In this document: in pieces, positions 54,753 through 64,000 of the stretch
How the letters are laid out: each line of letters starts with the position of its first letter
Position numbering within the stretch: position 1 is the first letter of the stretch
Assembly (NCBI GenBank): GCA_020632555.1
Contig: JACKFI010000001.1
Location: 65,750-129,749 of the forward strand
Direction: 5' to 3'
Length of the DNA stretch: 64,000 nucleotides
Source: Candidatus Omnitrophota bacterium
GTDB lineage: Bacteria > Omnitrophota > Gorgyraeia > Zapsychrales > JANLHA01
Made by a program: the position numbers and the translations under genes
The notes under the pieces: generated by a model
The model's database searches: none
Told to the model about the DNA's origin: nothing
What the model saw: the letters and a program-made list of their open reading frames with translations, nothing else

Positions 54753-55823
54753 TCACACTGATTTCTTTTGCAATAATTTCATCACAACCCAAACAAAAGC
54801 TCCAGTCAAAATAAGATTTAACGCCAAGCTCAACATCGCCAAAGTCATAACATAACCACCAAAACCATAACCCAAGCCAATCAATAAAACAGCCGCGCCA
54901 ACTTCACCCCGCGGGAACATCGCCACGCTCAAAGCAAGCCTTTCTTTCCATGAAGCTTCTTTTCGGTAGCATAGCGAAGGAAAACATTTACCAATATTAG
55001 ACAAAAGCGTTAAAGCAATGACATGCCCAACAGTGATCCCGATCGGAATAACCCCTAGTGAAACTTTGGGGAAAGATAATCCAACCGTAAACATAAAAAG
55101 CCCTTTGATAACAGTGTCTAAACACAATCCCTTATTTTTATGCGGCGTCGAATCTTGATGCGGAGACATATGAATCAAACACCCCAACATAAAGGCCGGA
55201 ATCAACACCTCCAAATGTATGTGTGCCGTATGTTTCACGAAAGCAACAAAGCCAGCCAAAATAACCCCATACCCCAAAAGCCATTTCTCTCCCACCGGCC
55301 AAAGAATCACATTGCGCCAACGAAATGACACGAACAAAAACGCGGAAATTAAAGCCAAACCAATAACCGAACCCCATTCAAACCCATGAATAATAATTTG
55401 CAATGGAGTTAACAATAAAATCGTGGCCAAATCATCCAAAACCGCCAAAGTCCGCGCTTTTTTGAAAACCCACGTTGCGCTCAAACCAGCGGCCAGCATC
55501 ATCGAAAAAAGCACACCCGCTGACGTCGGAGCACTGGAAAGCCCAGACAATAAAGCCGGCTGCCAAGCACTGTGAATAAAGTACATAAAATACCCAAACC
55601 ACAAAACAGCCGGCAAAGCAGCTGTAATTAAAGCAACACCTGCGTCCCACTCATAACTTCTCAATTTCCTTTTATCAAGCGAAAATTCCAAACCAACTTC
55701 AATCATGATGTAAGCCAAACAAATTGATGTCAACAAACTCAAAACTTGCCCTGCGCCAGACAAATTAAAAATCTGTCCGGCTATAATTCCGGCAATCAAA
55801 ATCAAACAAAAAATAATAACCAT
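54753..55823 (-). CDS. Cation:proton antiporter (Na+/H+ exchanger family), membrane domain only
   Basis: It has about 11 TM helices with a MIEVGLEF motif. The start is either ATG 55823 (GAGGGG upstream) or GTG 55844. Confidence 0.8.
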   Translation of the reverse strand: MVIIFCLILIAGIIAGQIFNLSGAGQVLSLLTSICLAYIMIEVGLEFSLDKRKLRSYEWDAGVALITAALPAVLWFGYFMYFIHSAWQPALLSGLSSAPTSAGVLFSMMLAAGLSATWVFKKARTLAVLDDLATILLLTPLQIIIHGFEWGSVIGLALISAFLFVSFRWRNVILWPVGEKWLLGYGVILAGFVAFVKHTAHIHLEVLIPAFMLGCLIHMSPHQDSTPHKNKGLCLDTVIKGLFMFTVGLSFPKVSLGVIPIGITVGHVIALTLLSNIGKCFPSLCYRKEASWKERLALSVAMFPRGEVGAAVLLIGLGYGFGGYVMTLAMLSLALNLILTGAFVWVVMKLLQKKSV

Positions 55824-55905
55824 AAACCCCTCATAAAAAACCACTATTAATCATATCAATACAATAAAATGACGCACCTATGAACGTCAAAACATTCAAC
55901 CTGTC

Positions 55906-56085
55906 TTATTTGCGTTTTTTTGTTAATAAATACCCTAAGGTGAGCCCCAGACAACCGGTCATCATTAATAATAAGACTTGCGATATCCGCACCTGCCAAA
56001 ACAAAATCTGCAGATTAACACTTTGCCAATTTTGCAAAACAATAATCACCGCCACAAGAGCCAAACCCATAAAGAAATTTCGCAT
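55906..56085 (-). CDS. LapA-domain (DUF1049-like) small membrane protein, 59 aa
   Basis: It is absent from the track because it is under 60 aa. My translation is MRNFFMGLALVAVIIVLQNWQSVNLQILFWQVRISQVLLLMMTGCLGLTLGYLLTKKRK. GAGGAG lies 8 nt upstream. Confidence 0.65.
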   Translation of the reverse strand: MRNFFMGLALVAVIIVLQNWQSVNLQILFWQVRISQVLLLMMTGCLGLTLGYLLTKKRK

Positions 56086-56118
56086 CAGCCATACTCCTCA
56101 ATGTTCTTCGTAAAATCA

Positions 56119-57132
56119 TTAACCTTCTTTGGCAATCCCGCGAAACAACCGGCCAAGAATATCCGCGCCCGTAATAATACGCTTTTGTTCTCCCCAGAAT
56201 AAAATCAAATCATGATCAATCACATCATCACCGGGGATTTCCGGCCGAACTTTAAACTGCGTAATCACTTGACCTAACTTAACGCCATGTTCGGTAATCA
56301 CAATCGGCCGATGACAATAATTTAAAATATGGATTGTTTTCTGACCATAAAGAACGTCTTTCAAAAATTGATCTGTGTTAATGCCCACAACCGGCTTCCA
56401 GTCTAAATCCGTGATAACAACCCATTTCTCACCGGAAGCATAAACTTGCTGCAAAAAAGGGTCTGAAGAATTCTTAATAAATTCCGGAAAAACCGGCAAG
56501 CCATTTTCAACCGGCAGAGCAATGATACTCTGCGGATTAATAATATTGCCTTCTTCCTCTAAAGCGATATCATCCATTTTCATAAAATTGACCGCGCCCA
56601 AACTTTCAATAAAACTCAAATCCGATTGACCCGACTGTGCTTGCCGCGCCAACATAATCATCAATTCATCTTCACGAAAATAATGAATTTGTTCTTTGCC
56701 CAGCCAAAAATCTAAAAGCAGACCCGTCGGCTTCGCAATGGGAAACAATAATGTTTGATAAAAACGAATGACAGGAACTAAAAAATGGCTGGCCGCCAAA
56801 GCATGTCTGGAAAAATAAGCTTGCGGAATGATTTCCCCAAAGAAAGTGATGCCAAACGTTGAAAACAAGAAAACCAAAGCGCCGGTCAAAACAGAATTTG
56901 TTAACAAAGTTAACAAAACATTACTGCAGACATTGCCCCACAAAACAGTGGCCAAAAGAAAATGCGCGTCTTTTCTTAAACTCAAAATTTGAAGCGCTCC
57001 CGGATTCTTTGCCTCAGCTTGAGTTTCTAAACGCAAACGGCTCAAACCAAAAAAACCCAAATTCAATCCGGAAAATAAACCCGAGTGCAACAAACAAACA
57101 ACAATACCTGCCCATGTTAATAGCGTCATCAT
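56119..57132 (-). CDS. CNNM/DUF21-CBS family protein (CorB/TlyC-like putative Mg2+/Co2+ efflux)
   Basis: The DUF21 N-terminus is LHSGLFSGLNLGFFGLSRLRLE. A CBS-pair-like region follows. Confidence 0.85.
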   Translation of the reverse strand: MMTLLTWAGIVVCLLHSGLFSGLNLGFFGLSRLRLETQAEAKNPGALQILSLRKDAHFLLATVLWGNVCSNVLLTLLTNSVLTGALVFLFSTFGITFFGEIIPQAYFSRHALAASHFLVPVIRFYQTLLFPIAKPTGLLLDFWLGKEQIHYFREDELMIMLARQAQSGQSDLSFIESLGAVNFMKMDDIALEEEGNIINPQSIIALPVENGLPVFPEFIKNSSDPFLQQVYASGEKWVVITDLDWKPVVGINTDQFLKDVLYGQKTIHILNYCHRPIVITEHGVKLGQVITQFKVRPEIPGDDVIDHDLILFWGEQKRIITGADILGRLFRGIAKEG

Positions 57133-57160
57133 CTGTCCTGATTTTGCTGCTGCCTTTCCT

Positions 57161-58507
57161 TTAAATCAAATATTGTTGAAACAATACAGCGAACCCCAAG
57201 AAAGCAAAAAAGCCCATGACGTCGGTGATCGTCGTCAGGATAATACTAGAACACTGCGCCGGGTCCAACCCGACTGCTTTCATCGAAAGAGGAATCAAAG
57301 CCCCCGCAAACCCAGCAATAGCCAAATTGACAATCATAGCCAAACCAATCACCACACCCAAGAAAATATTTCCTTGCCACAACCACGCAATGCCCGCGGT
57401 CACAACGCCAATCGCTAACCCATTAATAATCCCAATCCACGTTTCTTTATAAATCAATTGTTTGGCCTTTGAAGCGGGAATCTCCCTCATCACTAATCCC
57501 CGCATCACCACCGCTAAAGATTGGGCACCCGCATTCCCGCCCTGACCGGCCACCACCGGCAAATACACCGCTAAAATCGTAATTTTAGCAATAATATCTT
57601 CAAACAAAGAAACAACCCCCGCCGCTAAAAAAGCCGTCAGCAAATTCACATACAACCATGGCAATCGTGTCCGCAAAGAAAAACTCACCGGTGAAAACGT
57701 CCGTTCATCCCCGCTGGCACCAAACATTTTCTGCAAATCTTCACTGGCCTCTTCCTGAACATCCCCCAGCAATTGTTCGGCGTGGATAATACCGCATAAT
57801 CGCCCATCAGGATCAACCACCGGAACAGCAAAAACATTGCGCGAAGAAATTTCATGCGCCACTTTTTCCCGATCATCAAAACATTCAACTCGAAAAACAT
57901 TTTTATGCATAATGGTTTCCAGCAAATCTGTCTCTTTAGCCAACATCATATCGCGCATATTCATCACGCCCACCAAATGTCCCTGGTGATTCAACGTGTA
58001 AACATACGAAGCGGCATAACCTTTGCTGGCTAATTCCCGAATTTTCTGAATAGCCTCTTTAACTTTAATATCTTGATGAAAAGCGATGAAATCCGTTTTC
58101 ATAATGCGCCCGGCACTATCTTCAGGATATGTCAAAAGTTCTTTGATTTCTTTTTTTGTTTTCTCATCGAGAATTTCCAGAAAAACAGCTTTTCTTTCTT
58201 TGCTCAAGCTCAGAAAAACATTAGACGCCTCAACCGGATCTAAATGTTGAATAAACTTCACAAAAAGTTCGCTGGGTAATTTTTCTGACAAAATAGCCTT
58301 GGTATTGTCATGCAAATGCTTAAAGACTTCCAGCGCTAAGACCGGGGATACCTTCTTAAAAACATCAACCACTTGCTCAGAGGGCATCGTTTCCAAATGA
58401 CGAGCAACCGTCCCCGGATCACTTTCAAAGAATTTTTTTGCTAATAATAAGAATGTTGGCTGAGTGGGCATAAATAATTCAACTCTTTTCTCGATAGGCT
58501 TTAGCAA
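57161..58507 (-). CDS. mgtE: Magnesium transporter MgtE
   Basis: It has an MgtE N-domain, a CBS pair, and a TM domain with the GNAGAQS motif. The track start is a TTG; an alternative ATG is at 58471. Confidence 0.9.
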   Translation of the reverse strand: MLKPIEKRVELFMPTQPTFLLLAKKFFESDPGTVARHLETMPSEQVVDVFKKVSPVLALEVFKHLHDNTKAILSEKLPSELFVKFIQHLDPVEASNVFLSLSKERKAVFLEILDEKTKKEIKELLTYPEDSAGRIMKTDFIAFHQDIKVKEAIQKIRELASKGYAASYVYTLNHQGHLVGVMNMRDMMLAKETDLLETIMHKNVFRVECFDDREKVAHEISSRNVFAVPVVDPDGRLCGIIHAEQLLGDVQEEASEDLQKMFGASGDERTFSPVSFSLRTRLPWLYVNLLTAFLAAGVVSLFEDIIAKITILAVYLPVVAGQGGNAGAQSLAVVMRGLVMREIPASKAKQLIYKETWIGIINGLAIGVVTAGIAWLWQGNIFLGVVIGLAMIVNLAIAGFAGALIPLSMKAVGLDPAQCSSIILTTITDVMGFFAFLGFAVLFQQYLI

Positions 58508-58537
58508 AACTCATGGATTACCTAAAATACCACAAAA

Positions 58538-59722
58538 CTAAAGTTTCTTTTTACGATTCAATAAAATTCGTATATTGGCAGGCTCAATATTTTCCAAATC
58601 AATATCTTCAGGAATATTAAAATTATCCGCGTGCAATTTGAGGTCTTGACTTTGTTCAATTAATTTCAGGTCAAGATTAAATTTAATATCTTCCATTTTA
58701 ATCAAATACAATGCCCGACGGTTACCTCGCAAGGTGATTTTTAATTCCTGCGGCTCAATCTCTTTAACCACCCAGGAATTTGGCAAATTCGGGTAAGGAA
58801 TATTGATCCGAAAACTTTTATAGGTTGTTTCCGCGCCATAAACCAAAACAAACCAAAGCCCTACAGCCAGCAAAAAAGCGTAAATTTTCTCCCTTGTTGT
58901 CCTTTGAAAGAAATCATACCACATTGTCTCATATTGCCGCGGTTTGTTTTTTGCATAGAACCGGTCAATGATTTCCATCAATTCATGGGGTTCAGTAACT
59001 TCCCATAACCGCCCCTCATAAGCGGCTGATACCGTGCCGCGTTCCTCGGACACAATCAAACATAAAGCGTCGCTGAGCTCGGCTAAACCTAAACCAGCGG
59101 CATGACGAGTTCCATGTTCACAAATAGCGTCCAGGTTTTTTGACAACGGCAAATGACACGAAAACCGTATCACCCGATTCCCTTCAATGACAACCGCGCC
59201 ATCATGCCCCACCGAATTGGGATCAAACAAACTTTTGAGCAAAGCCGCACTCATCATTCCATTAAGATCCGTCCCGCCATCCAAATGCCGCTCAATCACA
59301 TCCTGACCTCGCAAAACAACCAATGCTCCCAGCTGATCCCGCGCTAAATCAAATAATGTTCTGGCTAAAATCTCCGTCTCTTCATGCGTAAAAACCTTTT
59401 TAATCTTGCGACCGAAATCCCGATTCAAAAACCAAGCCGCTACTCTTTCAAAAAAGCGCCGAATTTCCTCCTGAAAAATAACAACCATCATAATCACCGC
59501 CACACCAAAAAACTTTTCAAAGACAAGCGAAATCATCACCAAATTAAACTGACGAGCAATCAAATACACCAATAAGACAATAAAAATTCCTTTAAGAATA
59601 AATGCCGCGCGTGTTTTATTAAACCAAATCAACACAATATAAATCAATGTCGCCATGAAAACGATATCTAAAAAACCGTTCCACCCAATTTCCATGATCC
59701 AATGAATAATCAAATTTCCCAT
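58538..59722 (-). CDS. cdaA: Diadenylate cyclase CdaA with C-terminal YbbR-like extension
   Basis: It has 3 N-terminal TM helices and DAC motifs HDGAVVI and GTRHAAGLG. A ~110-aa C-terminal beta-rich region resembles YbbR/CdaR repeats. Confidence 0.85.
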   Translation of the reverse strand: MGNLIIHWIMEIGWNGFLDIVFMATLIYIVLIWFNKTRAAFILKGIFIVLLVYLIARQFNLVMISLVFEKFFGVAVIMMVVIFQEEIRRFFERVAAWFLNRDFGRKIKKVFTHEETEILARTLFDLARDQLGALVVLRGQDVIERHLDGGTDLNGMMSAALLKSLFDPNSVGHDGAVVIEGNRVIRFSCHLPLSKNLDAICEHGTRHAAGLGLAELSDALCLIVSEERGTVSAAYEGRLWEVTEPHELMEIIDRFYAKNKPRQYETMWYDFFQRTTREKIYAFLLAVGLWFVLVYGAETTYKSFRINIPYPNLPNSWVVKEIEPQELKITLRGNRRALYLIKMEDIKFNLDLKLIEQSQDLKLHADNFNIPEDIDLENIEPANIRILLNRKKKL

Positions 59723-59738
59723 TCATCCCATCCTGCTG

Positions 59739-62528
59739 TTATTGCTTTGATATTAAAACCGCTGTCGGAAACACCGATAACAACGTTCCGGCCTCAACCG
59801 ACGATTGGACAGTCAATGGCTGCTGAGTCAATACATCACGATACGTTCCTGCTAAATCAGAAGGAAGAATTATTTTAGTATCTTCCCAAACCGATTGCCC
59901 CAATGGCAGCTGCCCCTGATTAACAACAGAACATAAAAACCGCGGAACAACAACAATCATCGCAGTTTCAGCAAGTTTTCGAGCAAACGCCACAACATGA
60001 TTCGCAAATTTTCCTTCAACAGTCAACGGCGCGTAATTGCCTTGTTCAAAAAACTCCCGCCGGGCTTGCCGTGCCTGTAAAAGATGATGCACAACAAACA
60101 ATTTGATTCGATCGTTTGTCCGGTCCGCCAACAAAGAATTCAAACATCCCGGCAAATCCTGCCGCCCCTGTTCCATCAACATCTGCAAATCTTGGTTTCT
60201 TTTTTCAAAATCAACAGCCCGCCGATTATCTGGGTCGACCATACTCAAATCCCAAAACTCTGCCCCTTGATAAACATCCGCGACCCCCGGAGTCGTAATT
60301 TTCAAAACCGTCTGAGCTAAAGAATTCCAAACCCCATAGGCCGCGATTTTCTTCTGAAACGGCACAAATAATTTTAAAAATTCATTATCCTCCGAGGGAT
60401 TTAACAAATCTTCAATAAAACGCAAACAGGCTTGTTCATAATCTTCAGCCGGTTTAATCCAAGCGGTATGTCTTTTTGCTTCACGGATTGATTTGATAAT
60501 ACAATCTTTAACCCGCCCCACATAAGCATCTTGATGTTTCTCAACTGGATAAGTGCCCAAAAGCGTTTGATACAAAAAATATTCGTCATTATCATCCGGC
60601 GCCAACACTTTTCCAACCTTGGTTTTTTTACTTTTATTAAGCTCCGCCCATTTTTTAAGACAATTGTCCCATTCCTGCGGAATTTCCGAGAGCACATTGA
60701 TTCTGGCCCGCACATCTTCGCCGCGCTTAACATCATGCGTTGCCGTCGCGTTCATGGTATGCGGCATCGCCGTTACTTTCTGAACATTAAACGCATGGAA
60801 TTCTTCTCGAGAAAATCCAAATTTTTGAGGACTACTGCCAACTTCATTCAGGGAAATCAGCTGATTATAAACATACAACATTGTATCTTCGAAACCTTTG
60901 GCCATCACCGGACTGGTGTATTGCTGAAAATGCATCACAAAATCCAACCACGCCCTCTTGTCTTTATCTGTAGCTGATCCGCCATACTGCAAAAGCAAAA
61001 ACTTCTTAATAAAATTCAATTCATAATAAAATCCAGGAATTTTTTCTTTGGCACGCTCAATGGCCTCATTGATATAGGCCACATCGCTCTGCGTCACCGT
61101 TTCGCTATTGATATATGTTCGATAAACAGGAAAATGCGCCATCACTTCCACCAAAGCTCGGCGCAAACCATACAAAGTAATATCGCGTCCTTCCCGGTCC
61201 TTACTGGAAATATTCTTAATCTGATGCGCTAAATTATCAATATTGCCAGCCAAATGCTTGCTGATAATCACGCGTTTCTTATCAGCCAATAAATCCTCAT
61301 AAACTCCCGACATATGCGTAAAGGCTTGATAAATCCGCTCAAAATCATTCTTATTCTCTTGCTGGCAAAACAATCCGTTAACATAATTCATAAAATCATA
61401 GCCGGTGGTTCCACTGGTCGGCCAATGCCCAGGCATATCTTCCTGCGGAAATAAAATCTTTTCAACAACAATATAGCTATCAGGAGCCCGATTTGATAAA
61501 CGCTTTAAATAATTCTCCGGATCATACAAACCGTCCACATGGTCCACGCGCAAACTCTGAATTTTGTTTTCCTTAACCAGCGTAAGAATCAATTTGTGCG
61601 TTAAATTAAAAACCGCCTCGTCTTCAACCCGCACTGAAATCAATTCACTAACAGTAAAGAATCTTCGATAATTGATCTCTTCTGTCGCGACTTTCCAAAA
61701 TGACAATCGAAACAACTGCTGTGAAATCAAATCATCCAGAGGATCAAAACTGTGCTGCTGTTGATTAACATTATTAAAGAACGCTAAATTATTATTAATG
61801 AAATCTCTCACCGCCGAGTTTTGATCATACATTTGCCACAACATTGTTTTCGCGTGCCGCATTTGATCACTTTGCGAAATATCTCCAACCTGACTGGCCA
61901 AGGCTTTAAACAAATTGATCACACCTAAGAATTTGATCAAATCCGAATTATGAGCCAATTGACGCTCAAGCTTTTCCATATCATGACCCAAAATCTGAAC
62001 ATACGACCCCACGCTCACAGGAAAATGATAATGATAATAATTAATTTTAAATCCTTGTTCATCATAAGAAAGCTGAATCTCGCCATCTTCCAAAGCTTGA
62101 GCATAAAACTTACCCAAAACAGGAACCAATAAACGGCCTTTCATATTTTCATACGAATGATTCCAATCAATATCAAAGACACCAGTGTAATCCGAGTCTG
62201 CTCCATTTTCAAAAATATCCATTAACATCGTATTCTGAGAATCCAAAGCCATATGATTAGGGACAATGTCCTGCATCCACGTCATGCCGTGCTGTTTTAA
62301 TTGCAACAAAACATCGTTAAAATCTTCCAAACTCCCCAGCTCAGGATTAATACAGTTGGGATCAACCACATCATACCCATGCAAACTTTTAGCCCGCGCT
62401 TTAAAAATAGGCGACGCATAAACTTCGCTTACTCCCAATTTAGCTAAATACGGAATAATGTCTTTTAACTTTTTGAAATCAAATAAATGATTTAATTGCA
62501 CTCGATACGTTGATTGAGGAATATGCAT
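59739..62528 (-). CDS. treY: Malto-oligosyltrehalose synthase
   Basis: The N-terminus is STYRVQLN...LGVSEVYASPIF...HGYDVVD. Its 929-aa length is typical for TreY. Confidence 0.9.
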   Translation of the reverse strand: MHIPQSTYRVQLNHLFDFKKLKDIIPYLAKLGVSEVYASPIFKARAKSLHGYDVVDPNCINPELGSLEDFNDVLLQLKQHGMTWMQDIVPNHMALDSQNTMLMDIFENGADSDYTGVFDIDWNHSYENMKGRLLVPVLGKFYAQALEDGEIQLSYDEQGFKINYYHYHFPVSVGSYVQILGHDMEKLERQLAHNSDLIKFLGVINLFKALASQVGDISQSDQMRHAKTMLWQMYDQNSAVRDFINNNLAFFNNVNQQQHSFDPLDDLISQQLFRLSFWKVATEEINYRRFFTVSELISVRVEDEAVFNLTHKLILTLVKENKIQSLRVDHVDGLYDPENYLKRLSNRAPDSYIVVEKILFPQEDMPGHWPTSGTTGYDFMNYVNGLFCQQENKNDFERIYQAFTHMSGVYEDLLADKKRVIISKHLAGNIDNLAHQIKNISSKDREGRDITLYGLRRALVEVMAHFPVYRTYINSETVTQSDVAYINEAIERAKEKIPGFYYELNFIKKFLLLQYGGSATDKDKRAWLDFVMHFQQYTSPVMAKGFEDTMLYVYNQLISLNEVGSSPQKFGFSREEFHAFNVQKVTAMPHTMNATATHDVKRGEDVRARINVLSEIPQEWDNCLKKWAELNKSKKTKVGKVLAPDDNDEYFLYQTLLGTYPVEKHQDAYVGRVKDCIIKSIREAKRHTAWIKPAEDYEQACLRFIEDLLNPSEDNEFLKLFVPFQKKIAAYGVWNSLAQTVLKITTPGVADVYQGAEFWDLSMVDPDNRRAVDFEKRNQDLQMLMEQGRQDLPGCLNSLLADRTNDRIKLFVVHHLLQARQARREFFEQGNYAPLTVEGKFANHVVAFARKLAETAMIVVVPRFLCSVVNQGQLPLGQSVWEDTKIILPSDLAGTYRDVLTQQPLTVQSSVEAGTLLSVFPTAVLISKQ

Positions 62529-62544
62529 GCGCCACCTTAACCTT

Positions 62545-64000
62545 TTAACTTAATTTGATTCTCAAACATTCGCCCAACCGAGTAAACGCGTCCGCTAATT
62601 TCTTGGCCTGATCACTTTGGGAACTTTTCTTTTGAATTTCGGCCGCATACTCTGCCCCTAAAGAAAAATAAATGTTCTCAGCTTTCCATAAATTCAATTT
62701 CAAAAATAATCCTTCAATCAATTTCATAAACGTAACAATTTCCTGCAAAGCATCCGCGTCCAAAGGCTCAACACGGAAACATTCTTCAACCGCGCGGTTA
62801 ATGCGCCGGCTACACAATAAGCCTAAAGCTTCGTCATCGATTTTAATATAAAATCGTTTGGCTTCTTTGATCACATGCTCTAACTTTTGCTGATCAATTT
62901 TAACATCAGTTAGCCGCTCCTTAAGTTCAGTATTAAGTAAAAACGGCAATATCCCTTGGAAGAAATCTGGCAGACCAATATTCAAACCCTCCGCCGCGTG
63001 AATAATCGACGAATGATGTTCATAAATTTGGCCCAAAGACGCCAAAATCTCTTTGCGCGCGTCTTCAAAAATCAAATTAACCACTCTCTTCTGTTCATCT
63101 CTAAACAAATGCCACAAAGAAAAATGATGCGTATGAAAATTCTGATCAATCAACAAAACCACTTCCGGTGTTGAACCTTTGAGAAATGCTTCACTGATAT
63201 TCTTTTTCATATCCGCAAACGCATCTTGCCCCTGAAAATCTCGGGCCCCTCCCGTGACATTGTGATCCCCCATATAAAGCACCGCGAAACTCACTTCCTC
63301 CTCCAGCCACGTCAGCGTTGACTTAATACGCACTTTACCCAAAGCTAACCTTTGTTTACCAAAAACATATTGTTCATAAACCAAACGCTCAACATCATAA
63401 ACATACAACTGCTTAATCGTGGATTGATCCGAGAACAAAGACGAAACCGCGTAATGAACACCAACTCTTAATAAATCGAGCACTTGCGGTTCAATATACT
63501 TTCCGTAAATGACAGATCCATTTTGCAATTCAGGCAAATTGCTGGGAGCACGTTCCAATAAACCTTTGTAAGCCTCCTGCAATGATATTCCACTGACATC
63601 TTTGGCAAGCTGCAACGCCCGTGCCGCATAGGTCATAATTTGCACCGTTTCAATACCAGAAAGCTCATCAAAAAACCACCCACAACTGGTATACATAAGT
63701 AATTCATGTCTTTGCATTTCCAATAATTGCAAAACCTTGGCCGCTTCCTCAGCGGTGAGTTCTTTTTGAGCATGCCGCGCTAAAAATTTGTGAATATTTT
63801 CAACACTGCGGTTTAAAATAATGTCAATATAATCATTGCGCATAGCCCAAGGATCTTTAATCAAACCACTGGCCTGCTGCTCAAAAATTTCAATCAAATT
63901 GTCTCGCAACCAATCTAAAGATCCCCGCAAAGGCGCGCGCCATTCTTGATGCCATTCACGGCGCATTCCAGAATTACAACCGCAATTTGCTTTCCAGCGC
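62545..64000 (-). CDS. C-terminal (DUF3536-type) part of a GH57-family glycoside hydrolase, N-terminus beyond window edge
   Basis: The frame stays open upstream of the track Met (…RWKANCGCNSGMRREWHQEWRAPLR). The family call is from memory of this Cys motif. Confidence 0.7.
   Translation of the reverse strand, partial: RWKANCGCNSGMRREWHQEWRAPLRGSLDWLRDNLIEIFEQQASGLIKDPWAMRNDYIDIILNRSVENIHKFLARHAQKELTAEEAAKVLQLLEMQRHELLMYTSCGWFFDELSGIETVQIMTYAARALQLAKDVSGISLQEAYKGLLERAPSNLPELQNGSVIYGKYIEPQVLDLLRVGVHYAVSSLFSDQSTIKQLYVYDVERLVYEQYVFGKQRLALGKVRIKSTLTWLEEEVSFAVLYMGDHNVTGGARDFQGQDAFADMKKNISEAFLKGSTPEVVLLIDQNFHTHHFSLWHLFRDEQKRVVNLIFEDARKEILASLGQIYEHHSSIIHAAEGLNIGLPDFFQGILPFLLNTELKERLTDVKIDQQKLEHVIKEAKRFYIKIDDEALGLLCSRRINRAVEECFRVEPLDADALQEIVTFMKLIEGLFLKLNLWKAENIYFSLGAEYAAEIQKKSSQSDQAKKLADAFTRLGECLRIKLS

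Noticed and set aside
54589-54792. 67-aa minus-strand ORF bridging the antiporter 3' end and the nqrE-like 5' end
   Set aside because: It overlaps both neighbouring genes and has no motif or SD. The region is better explained as a 147-nt spacer carrying the nqrE SD.
1-64000. Search by eye for rRNA, tRNA, tmRNA or CRISPR arrays in all spacers longer than 100 nt
   Set aside because: No cloverleaf-compatible sequence or regularly spaced repeat array was found. The spacers are accounted for by leaders, terminators, REP-like units and IS ends. A covariance-model scan would be needed to be certain.

Overview
This 64-kb bacterial chromosomal window has the gene content of an anaerobe; I cannot assign taxonomy from sequence alone. 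I call about 60 genes. Every gene from position 1 to 47974 is on the minus strand. Main blocks, left to right:

- **Giant-protein region (1-19.6 kb).** Two paralogous giant modular membrane or exported proteins sit here. One (1..4690) runs off the left edge and is missing from the supplied ORF track. The other is the 2269-aa ORF at 12764..19573. Between them lie cspA, an SPFH protein, an FHA-domain membrane protein, an S1 protease, arsC, an ArsP-like permease with an untracked 49-aa Cys-rich ORF, and an NRAMP transporter.
- **IS-bracketed segment (19.8-26 kb).** Two 100% identical 1425-bp IS copies (DDE transposase, 15-16 bp target duplications) flank genes for a nitroreductase, a DUF975-like protein, a DoxX-like protein and a DEAD-box helicase.
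- **Accessory islet (27-29.3 kb).** It holds a DUF1016N-SNase nuclease fusion, two tandem ORF6N genes and a remnant of a third.
- **Hydrogenase and pyruvate block (29.3-45.5 kb).** The order is hypEDC-hypF-hypA-hoxW-hoxHYUFE, a CbiM/NikM-PDGLE metal permease, a dihydroorotate-dehydrogenase-like gene and a PFOR. This is a contiguous pyruvate-to-H2 module. No hypB is present in the window.
- **45.7-51.3 kb.** A Cys-rich protein with an Flp-type signal, msrA, msrB, an MFS transporter, a flavoprotein and a CheY-like regulator.
- **Ion and osmotic neighbourhood (52.6-59.7 kb).** MscS, a lone nqrE-like gene, a CPA antiporter, an untracked LapA-like small ORF, a CNNM protein, mgtE and a cdaA-YbbR fusion.
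- **Right edge.** treY and an edge-truncated GH57-type gene.

The most unusual signals are the giant modular paralogs, which share an N-terminal module and carry swapped enzyme payloads. REP-like palindromes and G-tract repeats are embedded in-frame in their linkers. I found no rRNA, tRNA or CRISPR array.
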